Source: Eledone cirrhosa (lineage: Eukaryota). From it: a stretch of 64,000 nucleotides of DNA. This document shows positions 14,481 to 25,931 of this stretch, one piece after another. Both the position numbers and the translations under genes were made by a program. How positions within the stretch are numbered: the first letter of the stretch is position 1; each line of letters begins with the position of its first letter. Where the stretch lies: NCBI GenBank assembly GCA_964016885.1, contig OZ024742.1, positions 272,242,001-272,306,000 on the forward strand, given 5' to 3'. The notes below the pieces were generated by a model. That model did no database searches and was not told the DNA's origin. It worked only from the letters and a program-made list of their open reading frames with translations.

Positions 14481-16152
14481 TGCGTGAATTTGTATATCTA
14501 GTGATATACGTTATGTTTATAAATAGACATTTGTGAAGCCTTCATCTCTGGATTTCGGAACTGATGGTGTAGCGCCACCTTGTGGATTCCAGCAGAAGTT
14601 AAAGATAGATAACTAACGTCAATGAAGTCAACTAGTCTGACACTGGTCATCATCCATGTTGTGCTGCTTACCCCGCTCACTGCTGGTACTAGATATAGGG
14701 AAAAACATACAGTTTAAATATGTACATGAGCTGATTAGCTTCATTTGCACATAGAGCTCTCGGCAGGCTCGGCCGGTAAATAAAATGAGGGTGTTACCTC
14801 TAGCATAGGTGTGTTTATCTAGCGATATAGCGTATGTTTATAAATATAGATTTGAAAGCCTTCAACTATGAAATTAGAAACTGAGGGAAAGTTATATTTG
14901 AAACGATGGTCGCAATACAATTTCTATAGTGGCCATTTGGTACCTCACATATAAGAACGAGACATTATTAGAGCTATATATCGAGAGTGGGCCTTTCATT
15001 TCGGATATCGATTGCCCATAGCAACCAAATACTGTCGGATTAGTAGATCCTCCATTCACAAAATATATTATAAACGTCAAGATTGACGACTAATTGTAAT
15101 ATCTATGCATAATACGAACATGAGATTATTGTTTGTTTGTTGGTTGCTTGGTCGGTTGGTTCATTCACGCTCACTCACACAAGTGATACATATACACAAA
15201 AACACAGCCAAGGTATTTCGGCAATTCGCTACATATATACACACACAAGTGTGACGAACCCTAGAACGCTAGATTTCTGCAATATTTCAACACATAGAAT
15301 TGTGTGTATGTAATAATCACCTTGTCTAAATGTGTGATTTTGAAAAATATATGTGTGTGTAGATTCCTGTGTAATGCTATTTGCCATTGGCTATATATCT
15401 TTCTAAATAAACACATACAAACACATGCACACTCACACAAATACTATATACAAATATAATTTAAACAAACACACATATTAATACGCAAAATATCGCACAA
15501 AAACATAAAAGCCAACGTGTGTAACCAAGTCGCTATACATACATATACAGCAGCTAGTTTCGGACAGAATTTAAAATGCCCTGGCGTTTAAGTTGCTGTT
15601 TTATCCGAAATAATCCATTAGTTAAAGTAAGGGCAGACATTGTTTATCCAATTACCAGGAATCGTTACGAAAGCATGTAGTTTGTTAAGGGAGTGGTTGT
15701 GTGTGGTTGTGTATATAAAAAGCTGGCTTATCAAAGAATGGAACACGTAGACACAATGGTAATTTATCAGTTATGAGAGGGATTATTTTATTAGTTATCT
15801 GAAAATACCAATTGCTAAATAGCTCTGTAGCCTACATAGAGCACTCTCTTTTCCTTTACCTTTCCTACGGAAATATTTCATTTATATATATATATATATA
15901 TATTTAAATTTAATATAGACACCTGACCATTAGCCATTGTTAGCTTAAGTGTACCTTAAAAATCAGGAGAGGCACCCCTGGGTGAACTTGTCTATAGCAT
16001 TTTTCTGCCTATGTTACTCTAAATATAGTTTTTAAATAATTCCCTTTTCTTTAAACCCATCAACAAATGACCTCCACCCATCCCAATCAATACCCTCTCC
16101 TATCACCAGAAAAGATATAGATACCACCATATTACTTATTACTTCGACAGTC

Positions 16153-16202
16153 GGCTTCCTGATGATTTCTCCGAATGAAACAGTTCTAGTCCCGTAGAAG
16201 CC
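16153..16202 (+). ncRNA. Type I hammerhead ribozyme motif
   Basis: Stem I ggcttc/gaagcc, core CTGATGA (16159-16165), short stem II ttc-tcc-gaa, GAAAC, decayed palindromic stem III (cagttctagtcccg), GTA cleavage triplet. Confidence 0.65.
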
Positions 16203-16534
16203 TTTTCTATATTAAATAGTTGTACTCTGCTTTGTATCGAGTAGCTTACTTACTGTGGTTACCCAGATTGAACCCGGGATAAACATATATATTTATATAT
16301 ATATAAAAGTTATTCCTTGTTTATCACTTAAAGTAACAGTGCCTGTAAGACAGGTGTCTACAGGATGGGGGTGCTCCAAGGTTTAAAGAAAAGGGAAATT
16401 CTTTAGAAGCTAATTTTTAAGGCTGACATAAGGGTGACAAAGGCAGAAAGGTTCCATCAACAGATACAAGTGTTGCGAGTGAACCCCCTATAGTGAAGTT
16501 TCTCGTAATATATATTCCAGGTGTCAACAAACAC

Positions 16535-16833
16535 ATTCACACACGCGCCCACTTACACACGTACACACACTTAAACGCACGCACACACAGGCAGGCACAC
16601 ACAAAGCAAACATACACATATACGTATATATGTGTACATACATACGCATACATATACACGCAAACACACTTTGCTTACACTCGCCCACACACATACGTAT
16701 ATATATATATATTCACACGTACATATATACGCACATATATACACACGTACACACATATATATATGTATACACATATATACATACACATACACATACATAT
16801 ACATACACATACACACATATACACACATACACG

Positions 16834-16897
<64 letters not shown>

Positions 16898-16910
16898 TAT
16901 ACATATATAC

Positions 16911-17002
<92 letters not shown>

Positions 17003-17050
17003 ATGCATGTATGTATGTATATAATATATTTGTATGCATGTATGTATATA
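16535..17050. repeat. (CA)n/(TA)n/(CATA)n compound microsatellite
   Basis: Direct reading. It accounts for all the overlapping HTHT/YIYI ORFs. Confidence 0.95.
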
Positions 17051-17454
17051 ATATATTTAATCTAAAGTAGGCCAAGTGGAGGGATCTGGATATTTAGATA
17101 TTTCTTCATAATTCATAATTTTAAATTTTTTGATGAAAAGTTGACTTAGTAGAGAAATACTTTAAAAGAAAAGTGGTAGATAGTTATTGTAAGGAATCGA
17201 TAATATAATTCCTATTTAAAAATAAAAAAAATAAAAAAAAGATAGATAACACGTCGAGTATAAAAAATACATGTGTGGTCAATTAGCCGGTGCTAATTTA
17301 GGTAATATAGGGTAGAATCAATTTGCTATAACTACTCTGATACTTAAGTACGTATAGCTACGCTTAAGAGTAAAGATTTGATTAATATATGATATTCACG
17401 TCTCGTTGTAATACTGAGTTAATGATGGTGATTATATTTCATAGATAACATGCA

Positions 17455-18200
17455 TTCTCACATACACACACACTAACCCTAATATTTTTTCAACTTAAAT
17501 ATATTTCGACCCTCTCCTTAATTATTCTATCTAGATAGATCAGGATAGATATACTTCCCCACACATATAGATGCACACATACATATAAATCTAAGCAAGA
17601 TTGTTATTCACACAACCAAACACAGACACTCTCTCAACAAACTAGATGCTTTCGTAAAGATTCGCTCACCGCAAACACTATCTACCACATTTCTTTTACA
17701 ATATTTCTGTACGATGACTAATTTTCCTGAAAACATTTTTTAAATGTGAATTGTGAAGAACAATATAGATTCCTCCACTGGGCCTACCTAAGAATAAATA
17801 TATTTATTTAAAGTTGTCTTCATATGTGGGTGTGCACTGCTGAATCGGATTTCTTAGATAACTAATAAAATTAGCCGTCTCATAACTGATAAATTACTAA
17901 TTTGTCAAATTGTTCTGTTATTTGATCTGCCGCCGCGATAGACGCCAATTCAATACGTCTGACGGTCACGACAACATTTCTTATTGATCATACTCACACA
18001 CACACACACACCCACAACGCCTAATATTATTTCACGATAAATATAATTGCTCCCCATCTCCATCAATATCCTATCTAGATAAGACAGGATGGATACAATT
18101 AGCCGTACGTGTAGACGTACACCTACGTATTCACTAAACCATTTGTATACTCATAACCACACACAGCCACTCACTCAACAAATCAGATGCTTTCGTAAAC
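17455..18200 (+). repeat. Two diverged direct copies of a ~200 bp interspersed repeat, with a partial inverted copy at ~15660-15720
   Basis: ctatctagata...caggat.gatac and cacacaga/gc.cact..ctcaacaaa..agatgctttcgtaaa recur at ~17527-17660 and ~18071-18199. The reverse complement occurs at ~15665-15715. Confidence 0.55.
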
Positions 18201-18314
18201 AATATTTACATTGGGACTAATTGAACTTAACCACCAACGCATTTGCAATTCAGTCGGGAATTAGCTGTTGAAACTGCAAGAGCTCAGCCGCCGACGCCCT
18301 GACTCAGACTCATT

Positions 18315-18346
<32 letters not shown>

Positions 18347-18692
18347 TAAAAAAATAATGAATAAAACAATAAAACAGTTCCTTATATTAAACAAAAAAAC
18401 TTCATTATTTAACGATCGTTTCTAGGATATATATGTGTTAGAATTGGCATGCATATTCAACAGATCTATGTACAAAATTATACAAAATTATACAAACTAT
18501 CAAAATTAAATATACATACCAACACATATATATATGCCGTCTTCAGAAATAATGAATTTATCTTGACTCTGTATTCCGTTTATCTTTCACCGAAAGTGAT
18601 TTTTCATTGCATCTCTTCTTTCCATGATATCCGGATTACATTGAGTTCTTCATACGGATTGGACACTACCGTAAACTCTTGGTAGATTTATC

Positions 18693-18695
<3 letters not shown>

Positions 18696-18778
<83 letters not shown>
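18696..18778. repeat. (TA)n microsatellite
   Basis: Direct reading. Confidence 0.95.
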
Positions 18779-18783
<5 letters not shown>

Positions 18784-19809
18784 TAAAATAACAGATTAAA
18801 GTTTAAGCAAAGAATCGCTGCTTTCACCCTTAACGGGATCTTATATATATATATATACAATGATATTAAATATATGGAAACTATATATATAAAACCGTAT
18901 TTATTCTATTATATATATTTCAAAGGTACCAAAAACTTTGGTACGCTTTCATCAGATAAAATACAAAGAGTGTTTTATAAATGTTGACATAGCCAAGGAA
19001 AATATACCTTATCAGTTGAATATTCCTTGGGTAGTGAGATTAAAGAACGGATTTTTCAAACATATGGATGAGTATGCAAATGAGTATGTAAATAAGGTTG
19101 AGTTATATGATTGAAAAACCGTTATTTTAAACGCTATGGACAGTTTTGATATATTAGTAAGAGAGAAAGAAAGTCAAAAGAAAAAAAAGATAAAGGAAAA
19201 GAAGACCACTTATATACGTTAATTTGGGGGAAATAAAATTTATGTATATATTTATATGGAGAATTTTGTTTGTAAGTATTTATCTTATTATAATATTGTG
19301 GTGGGTTAAATATATAAATATCTATATATATTTTAATAATAGCATATGTATTTTTATTACAAAGGAAACTTATAATATGAGTTACGAGGGAAGTTGATTT
19401 TGAGTTTTATGTAGATAAATAAATAAATATGTAGATCACGTATTTGTGGTCGTTTTTAATATGAGTTACGAGGGACGTTCATTTTGTATGTTATGTAAAT
19501 AAATAGGTAGTTAAAATTATGAATATCTATATTTGGATAACTTGTTCGGCATTAAGAATGTTTTAAATTAACGGAGATTGGTAAAGTGAGTTAATATGAT
19601 TGAGAAAGGAAAGATAACTCCAATTTTATTTTTAAGAGTTAGTGTGAGATTAATTAATTATTTAGTCGAATGAAATATCAATGTTTAAACAACGTCTTGA
19701 ATAGGATATATTTTCCAAAAGTCAGTTAATGGTTAATAATGTACGTTTAAAAAATAGCTTTAAAAGGTGTCATTGGAAAAATAAAGCATTAAAAAATAAA
19801 AAAAATAAA

Positions 19810-19847
19810 AATTATATAGCTATACATAATTATATATAAATATCTAT

Positions 19848-19929
<82 letters not shown>

Positions 19930-19975
19930 ATAGATATTTATATATATTTATGTATATCTATATATATATATATTT
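19810..19975. repeat. Long palindrome centred on (TA)n
   Basis: The arms tatacataattatatataaatatctatacacacaca and tgtgtgtgtatagatatttatatatatttatgtata are reverse complements with one mismatch. Confidence 0.75.
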
Positions 19976-20683
19976 TTTTTTTCACTACCAACTACAATCT
20001 CTTAGTATTTTTCCCATTCTCTACCTATTATACTGTTCTATAGCTTAGCAATCCCTACTTATAACAGCTGTTTATAGACTCTACTGTTTTTGTTTTTTTA
20101 TTCATTATTCACTATCAACATTATTTTTTTTATATATGTTTTTTTATATTTTTTTTTATGTTTTTTATTTTTTTATATTTTTTTATATATTTATTATGTT
20201 TTTATTCTTCTTGTTATTTTTATTTTATTTAATTTTACTCCCTTTCGACTTACCTATTCTTTCAAATCCCCTCCTCCTTTTCTCCAGTACGATTTTTCGA
20301 CTTTTCATACTTTACCCTTAGAATCGCTGTATAGCTTTCACTTTCAACGCCTGACTGGCTTTCTTCATTCCCTCTTTGTTCTACCGGCAAGTTCAGCCAC
20401 CCTTACCTGGCACCAAATGCCATGATAGATTTATTTGTCTTTATAACAAATTTTAAACTATCCTCTTGACAATTACTTTCTTCCCATATAAGGAAGTACC
20501 CCTTGATAAGTTTTTCTATTTATTTACCACGCTAAAAACTCTTACTTAGTCCAGAAATAGCCGTCGAAACTGCTTGACCACTGCCGTCGAGGTCATACTT
20601 GTTCCTATTACCCACTCTACTAGACTCAGTATTGAGTACTTTCGTGCGTTATGATCCATTTGGTTCCTTACCACAATTCCTTC

Positions 20684-20741
<58 letters not shown>

Positions 20742-20749
<8 letters not shown>

Positions 20750-21572
20750 AGAATGTTTGCTGAAAGGCGAAAGTACTAACACTTTTAGAGATATTAATAT
20801 ATTAAAAATATAAATTGTTAAAAAAGAACAACAAACAATTAACAACAAACTATTAACTATTATAGTTTCTTAGCTTTCTTCTCTCCATCGCTCTTCCCTC
20901 TCTCTATAATATATTATTCCCCCTTTGTATAATTTAAATGCTGGGGGTGTCATTGGAGTTCCGTATTGACATACGGCTTCTCTGGGTTATTTTAAATCGG
21001 CTTATTGCAAATAGCAACTCGCAAAATAACACTTCATATAACAGATTAATGCTATAGCCATGTCTTGCCATTTCCATTAACAAGTCAGAAGGGCAAACAT
21101 TATCGGTGGCGGGCATCCATTTGGGGGATCCATGCTTCTCCCATGGCCAACTATATGTTGCCTGTTCCCGCGTAGGGAGCAGGAATGGACTTTTTTGCTT
21201 ACACTCCTCAAGTGATGACACGCAATATCGTCTACAAAGAGGTGCTATAGATGTTGGTGCAGCTGTTGGAGGTGTTGGAGCTATGCCGTCTGGAAAACTA
21301 TTTCCTGGTAGGGTCACCCATGGCGGACAGATCTAACACCCATCGGCATCAGGGTCACCACATTGCAACTTTGGTCTGCTAAATTTGCTATTGGAAATTA
21401 TTAACCCATCATTGATTGTCGAAAATACTAATTGCTTCGTAACTTTTAATAACCGGTTCAACTTCTTTATGCACTTAATTGATAAGCTTATTCGCTTTCA
21501 AGCCACGTTTACCTGTATATAACTTTTCATAGTAAATGAACAAACCCGAGCAACGCCGGGCTAAACTGCTAG
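20742..21572 (+). mobile_element. Non-autonomous Helitron with PIF1-helicase C-terminal remnant and canonical 3' end
   Basis: [35 protein letters not shown] (~21074-21180). The 3' hairpin cccgagcaacgccggg (21545-21560) is followed by CTAG|T (21569-21573). The 5' boundary inside (TA)n is approximate. Confidence 0.8.
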
Positions 21573-21879
21573 TATATATATATATATATATATATAGTAG
21601 ACTAAGAACTAACTTCCCATTGAATGGAGTAAAACACGCCTGCGTCTATGAGGTACCATATGTGTCTTGCGAGCCTCTTGGACGATTGTTTGTTCGGGTG
21701 TCTGAAAATACTGTTCGGGTGTCTCAAAACATACAGGTAATATATACTTACCTATACAAATAAGTAATGGTATAAACATAAAATATACTTAGCTACGACA
21801 TCAAGACGTAAATTATCCGCGTATAGTTCGTACTATCCGTTAGGGTATAACGTGGAGCTGTAATACAGGAAGGTGTTGT

Positions 21880-23635
21880 GCTATTTATGTTTACATGCCA
21901 AAATTGCCTCAGATTTTTGGATTAAGATGTGGTCATTGGCGTAGATTATTTCCAGGGCTTCAATAGCACAGAGTTCACATGGTATTTTATTTCCGTTATA
22001 CGATCTAGCTTTAGCTATGTTCTCCCAGTGTAACCTATATTGGGTATGGTTGCCTTTTAGACTCCAAATATAAGCTGAAAGTGACGTCATATCCCTTCTT
22101 AAAGTGTTAAGAAAATAATGGGTATGCATGTAAAGACGCTGCTTGAATCTATTGACGCTTAACCCTATGTAGACCCTACGGGATGTGGGTGTTTCAACCT
22201 TACATTTGTAGATAATGTTACTAGAGAGGCATTTCCCGGATAGGGGGCAGTCAACACGATTCCTACAATTACAATTAGTACTAGCTACATGGTTGCACGT
22301 GTTCCTACGACTAGGTAATATAGCTAAATTTGAAGCTATTTGATGTTATGTCCAAGGTTAGGAGTCGTAGAGTAAGGAATGTTGATGGTATTTCTATTAG
22401 AAATGTTATTATATTTTTGTGCTGGGGGAAATGCTTCATAATTAGGGTAGAGAAAGATCTTAGTTAATGGTGTGGCCACATCCATATTATATGGTGGGTT
22501 ATACCACATAATGCGTCGGGTTCTATTTTTCCTAGGTCTATGCTCATACTCGGTATATGCTACCTTATCGACAAATCCATTCCGAGAGAGAACTTCATTG
22601 TTATATATGAAATGGTCGGTGAATATATGCTCGTTTGTAGATAGACGGGAAAGCCTCAAGAAACTTTTCTTACCAGGTCTTTGGTTATGCTGGAGGGATG
22701 GTTAGAATGATTGCTTATGTAATTAAGTGTATCATTCGGCTTTCTATACGGATAGTGCAAGCCATTTGACAAATCGAGGGTAACGTCGAGGTAAATAACG
22801 CACGAGAGGTTGGCCTCAACCTGTATGGAGAGGTTAGAGCCATTAAAGAAGGCTGTGAGTTCATTTCTGAACCTGTCGAAAGCGTGTGGGCCGCATTTTG
22901 TCATGGTTAAAAGACCGTCATCACGGTACAAACCACAGCCCACGTTGGGGAATTCTTCCTTGATAGAGAAAAGAAGGAAAAGGCCGATAAGATCAGTAAC
23001 CTCCGCAGAATCGCTGGCGCCCATACTCACATCGAATGGGGTACTATTAGATTTTGTAATCCAAAGAGAGTCGTCTAAATTAATCACCGACTTCCTTAAC
23101 CACCGTGAGCGTTTTAGTGAAATTGATAGCTCTAAGAAGAAGTGGTAAAATGATAGAGGAGTAGTAATTATTGATGTCGAATTGGATAAAACGGCAATGT
23201 TCCTTGTTGTATATAACGTTGAACCAATCAATCACGGCGAAAGAATTGTTCCCCATTGCAAGAGGGACCAAGCTTCTAATTTCAGGTATAATTCTATCTG
23301 AAATCCTTTTACTAAGTCTACCTAAATCGGACTTCGTAGGGTTAATAATCCGAATAGATGGGTTGTTCGTGAAAGTGGATTTTTGATCCTTCAGTGTAAA
23401 GTGGTGATAAATCGAATAGAGAGGTTCAGTCCGGTCCATGATTTTCAGATCAGAGGTGATTTAAACTCAACATCGTTGATGTCATTAATGACACTCCAAT
23501 GAGTTTTACGGGAATCCTTAGTTACAGCATTATGTAACAAATGATGGTAAGTACTGCGCTCCACTGGATAGATATTTCCAGATGTGTCGTAGGGGACGTG
23601 CACGGCATGAGAATCCTTAATAGTGGCTACGTAGT
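21880..23635 (-). mobile_element. Decayed Penelope-like element, Naiad-like (RT YRDD plus GIY-YIG)
   Basis: TLKDQK..F.NNPSIRIINPTKSDLG, FDVSMGASDSAEV, GLYRDDGL, YRKPN, IMWYNPPY, NCNCRNRVDCPLSGKCL..IIYKC..VYIG, CELC. Confidence 0.88.
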
Positions 23636-23637
23636 TC

Positions 23638-24490
23638 AGGGCTAAAGGCGGAGAGTGAAGTATTCATCTTAGCTACCGAAGATCAAAGCTTATTGACTCG
23701 TAATTACGAGGCCAATGTGACGAGAAACGGAATAAACCCAAAGTGCCGATTCTGCAATGTTGGGGTTGAAACAGTGGATCACTTCGTCTCTGTATGTAAA
23801 GTTTTAGCACCAGTAGAATATAAATATAGACATGACAGAGTTGGCCAATATCTACACTGGGTAATATGTCGGCATTACAAAATTAAAGCTGAAGACAAGC
23901 GGTACAATCATCACACTGAGGCTGTAACTGAAGGAGAAAAAGGAACAATTCTCTGGGACTTTCCTGTACATGCTGACAGGACGATAAAATCAAATATACC
24001 TGACATCATTGTAAAATATCAACATAACGAGGTCTGTTTGTTGACAGATATGAGCATCCCATGTGGTCACGATATCGCGGCAAAAGAATTTGAGAAGGTA
24101 CGAAAATATAAAGATCTGCTTATTGAAATTGAGAAAATGTGGCACCTCAAAGCCGTTTAAATACCGTGATTGTGGGAGGACTGGGAATAATCAAGAAAGG
24201 AACATAACAATATTTTCGAATGTTTCATGGTTTACTCTCTCTGCACGAGATGCAACAAATTTGTTTGACTGTTACTGCACACGTATTAAGAAGAGAACTA
24301 TCTCTGTAAGATTGATATCCCTCCTTGTATTTACATATGCCTATGCACATGTGTATATATGTATACTGCTTTTTTTTAAAAATGATAATCAATGTGATGT
24401 ATTAACAGGTTTACCAATGCACACTGTGAATTTATTTGCCCCAGTTGTCAGGAAGACACTCGGCATATATCTCCGAAACAATAACGAAAT
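23638..24490 (+). mobile_element. 5'-truncated R4/Dong-type RLE retrotransposon (second family)
   Basis: CRFCNVGVETVDHFVSVC (CCHC), RHD, ILWDF, PDIIV...K (PD-(D/E)xK). The 3' UTR ends in (TAA)n. Confidence 0.85.
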
Positions 24491-24712
24491 AAAATAAAAA
24501 TAACAATAATGATAATAATAATAATAATAATAATAATAAGAAGAAGAAGAAGAAGACGCACGAGGTGACGGAGGTCATGAAATCGCTCCCGTAAGTTTTG
24601 AATTTTTAACATATTTAAATCATTTGTGAAATAACAACTCTTAGTACAAATGCTACGTAAAGCACCCGGCTTGAGCCCCAAAAAAATTCGGACCCAAAAT
24701 ATATTGTTATAA

Positions 24713-25361
24713 GGCTCAAATATTCAAATATTCAACTTTGTATTGTACACTGTATATCCAAAATAAAAAAAAAATGGCTATAAATGGAAGAAGAAGAACC
24801 CCCCCCCCCCCTCCTCTCCTCTGGCTACACTATATAGGACAGCTAAACTCACCAACACCAGAAACTAGATACACCACCCACCCCATCATCTGTGTACACT
24901 AAACACAACAGCATTTTCACCTTCACCGCCACCGCTCACTACGGCCATCATTACCACCACTATCCCATCACCGCCGCCACCACCCCTTGACTCCTTCACT
25001 GCTGCTGCCACCGCTACAGCACCATCACTACAGTAATACGGCTCAAATATTCAAATATTCAACTTTGTATTGTACACTGTATATCCAAAAAAAAAATAAA
25101 ATGGCTATAAATGGAAGAAGAAGAACCCCCCTCCTCTCCTCTGGCTACACTATATAGGACAGCGAAACTCACCAACACCAGAAACTAGATACACCACCCA
25201 CCCCATCATCTGTGTACACTAAACACAACAGCATTTTCACCTTCACCGCCACCGCTCACTACGGCCATCATTACCACCACTATCCCATCACCGCCGCCAC
25301 CACCCCTTGACTCCTTCACTGCTGCTGCCACCGCTACAGCACCATCACTACAGTAATACGG
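24713..25361 (+). repeat. Tandem duplication of a ~325 bp monomer in the R4/Dong 5' UTR
   Basis: The unit ggctcaaatattcaaatattc...cagtaatac(g) occurs at 24713-25039 and 25040-25361. The same pair is in copy 2 (~46811-47453). Confidence 0.92.
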
Positions 25362-25931
25362 TCGCATCACCGCCACCACTGCCTCGGTATCGACATCACC
25401 ACCACCACTGTCTCAGTATTGCCAACGCCGCCAGTCTCTGCTGGCTACCACTTCCACATTATAGAATTCCTACTACTAACAAAGAGGAAGGCATCAAAAT
25501 ATATAGATAGACTCAAAAGAAAAAAGAAAAAACAAACAACAAAAGCAGCACAGCAACAACAGTAAAAAACGAGAAAAACAGAGAAAAACAAAAACAAAAA
25601 AAAGAAACCCCAAAAACGTAAAAAAAATAAGAATGAAGAGAGAAGCAGGCGGACGGACAGAGAAGAGGGGGGAAAAAGTAAAACTTAAAAAACAAAAACT
25701 AAGTCAGACATTCGAATACTACATTACAATGAAACTTATGCTTATTCATTTTTGGGGCCCTTTCTGCCCGTGTGTTTGTTTGTTTATGTGTGTCCGTATA
25801 CAGCGTGGTGATAATGCCACACAAGGGCCAAGTGGGATGGCGGATCCACAGATGGCTATGTAAACATACATTCGCCAATCCTCGATAAGAGTGTTTAAAT
25901 ATCGAACATAAACAGTTCGAATAACGGTGAA

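Noticed and set aside
16493-17075. Long overlapping ORFs ([12 protein letters not shown])
   Set aside because: They are translations of a CA/TA microsatellite, not genes. The same applies to 58572-58929, 61917-62274 and 62889-63185.
24713-25361. CRISPR-like or other prokaryotic array
   Set aside because: The context is eukaryotic, and this is a two-unit tandem duplication without spacers.
25307-25863. Small ORFs conserved between the two R4 copies
   Set aside because: Conservation only reflects near-identity of the copies. The sequence is low complexity and homopolymer lengths differ between copies.
25795-25865. Possible HDV-like ribozyme in the R4 5' UTR
   Set aside because: I could not fold a nested double pseudoknot by eye. 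An RNArobo or Infernal search would be needed.
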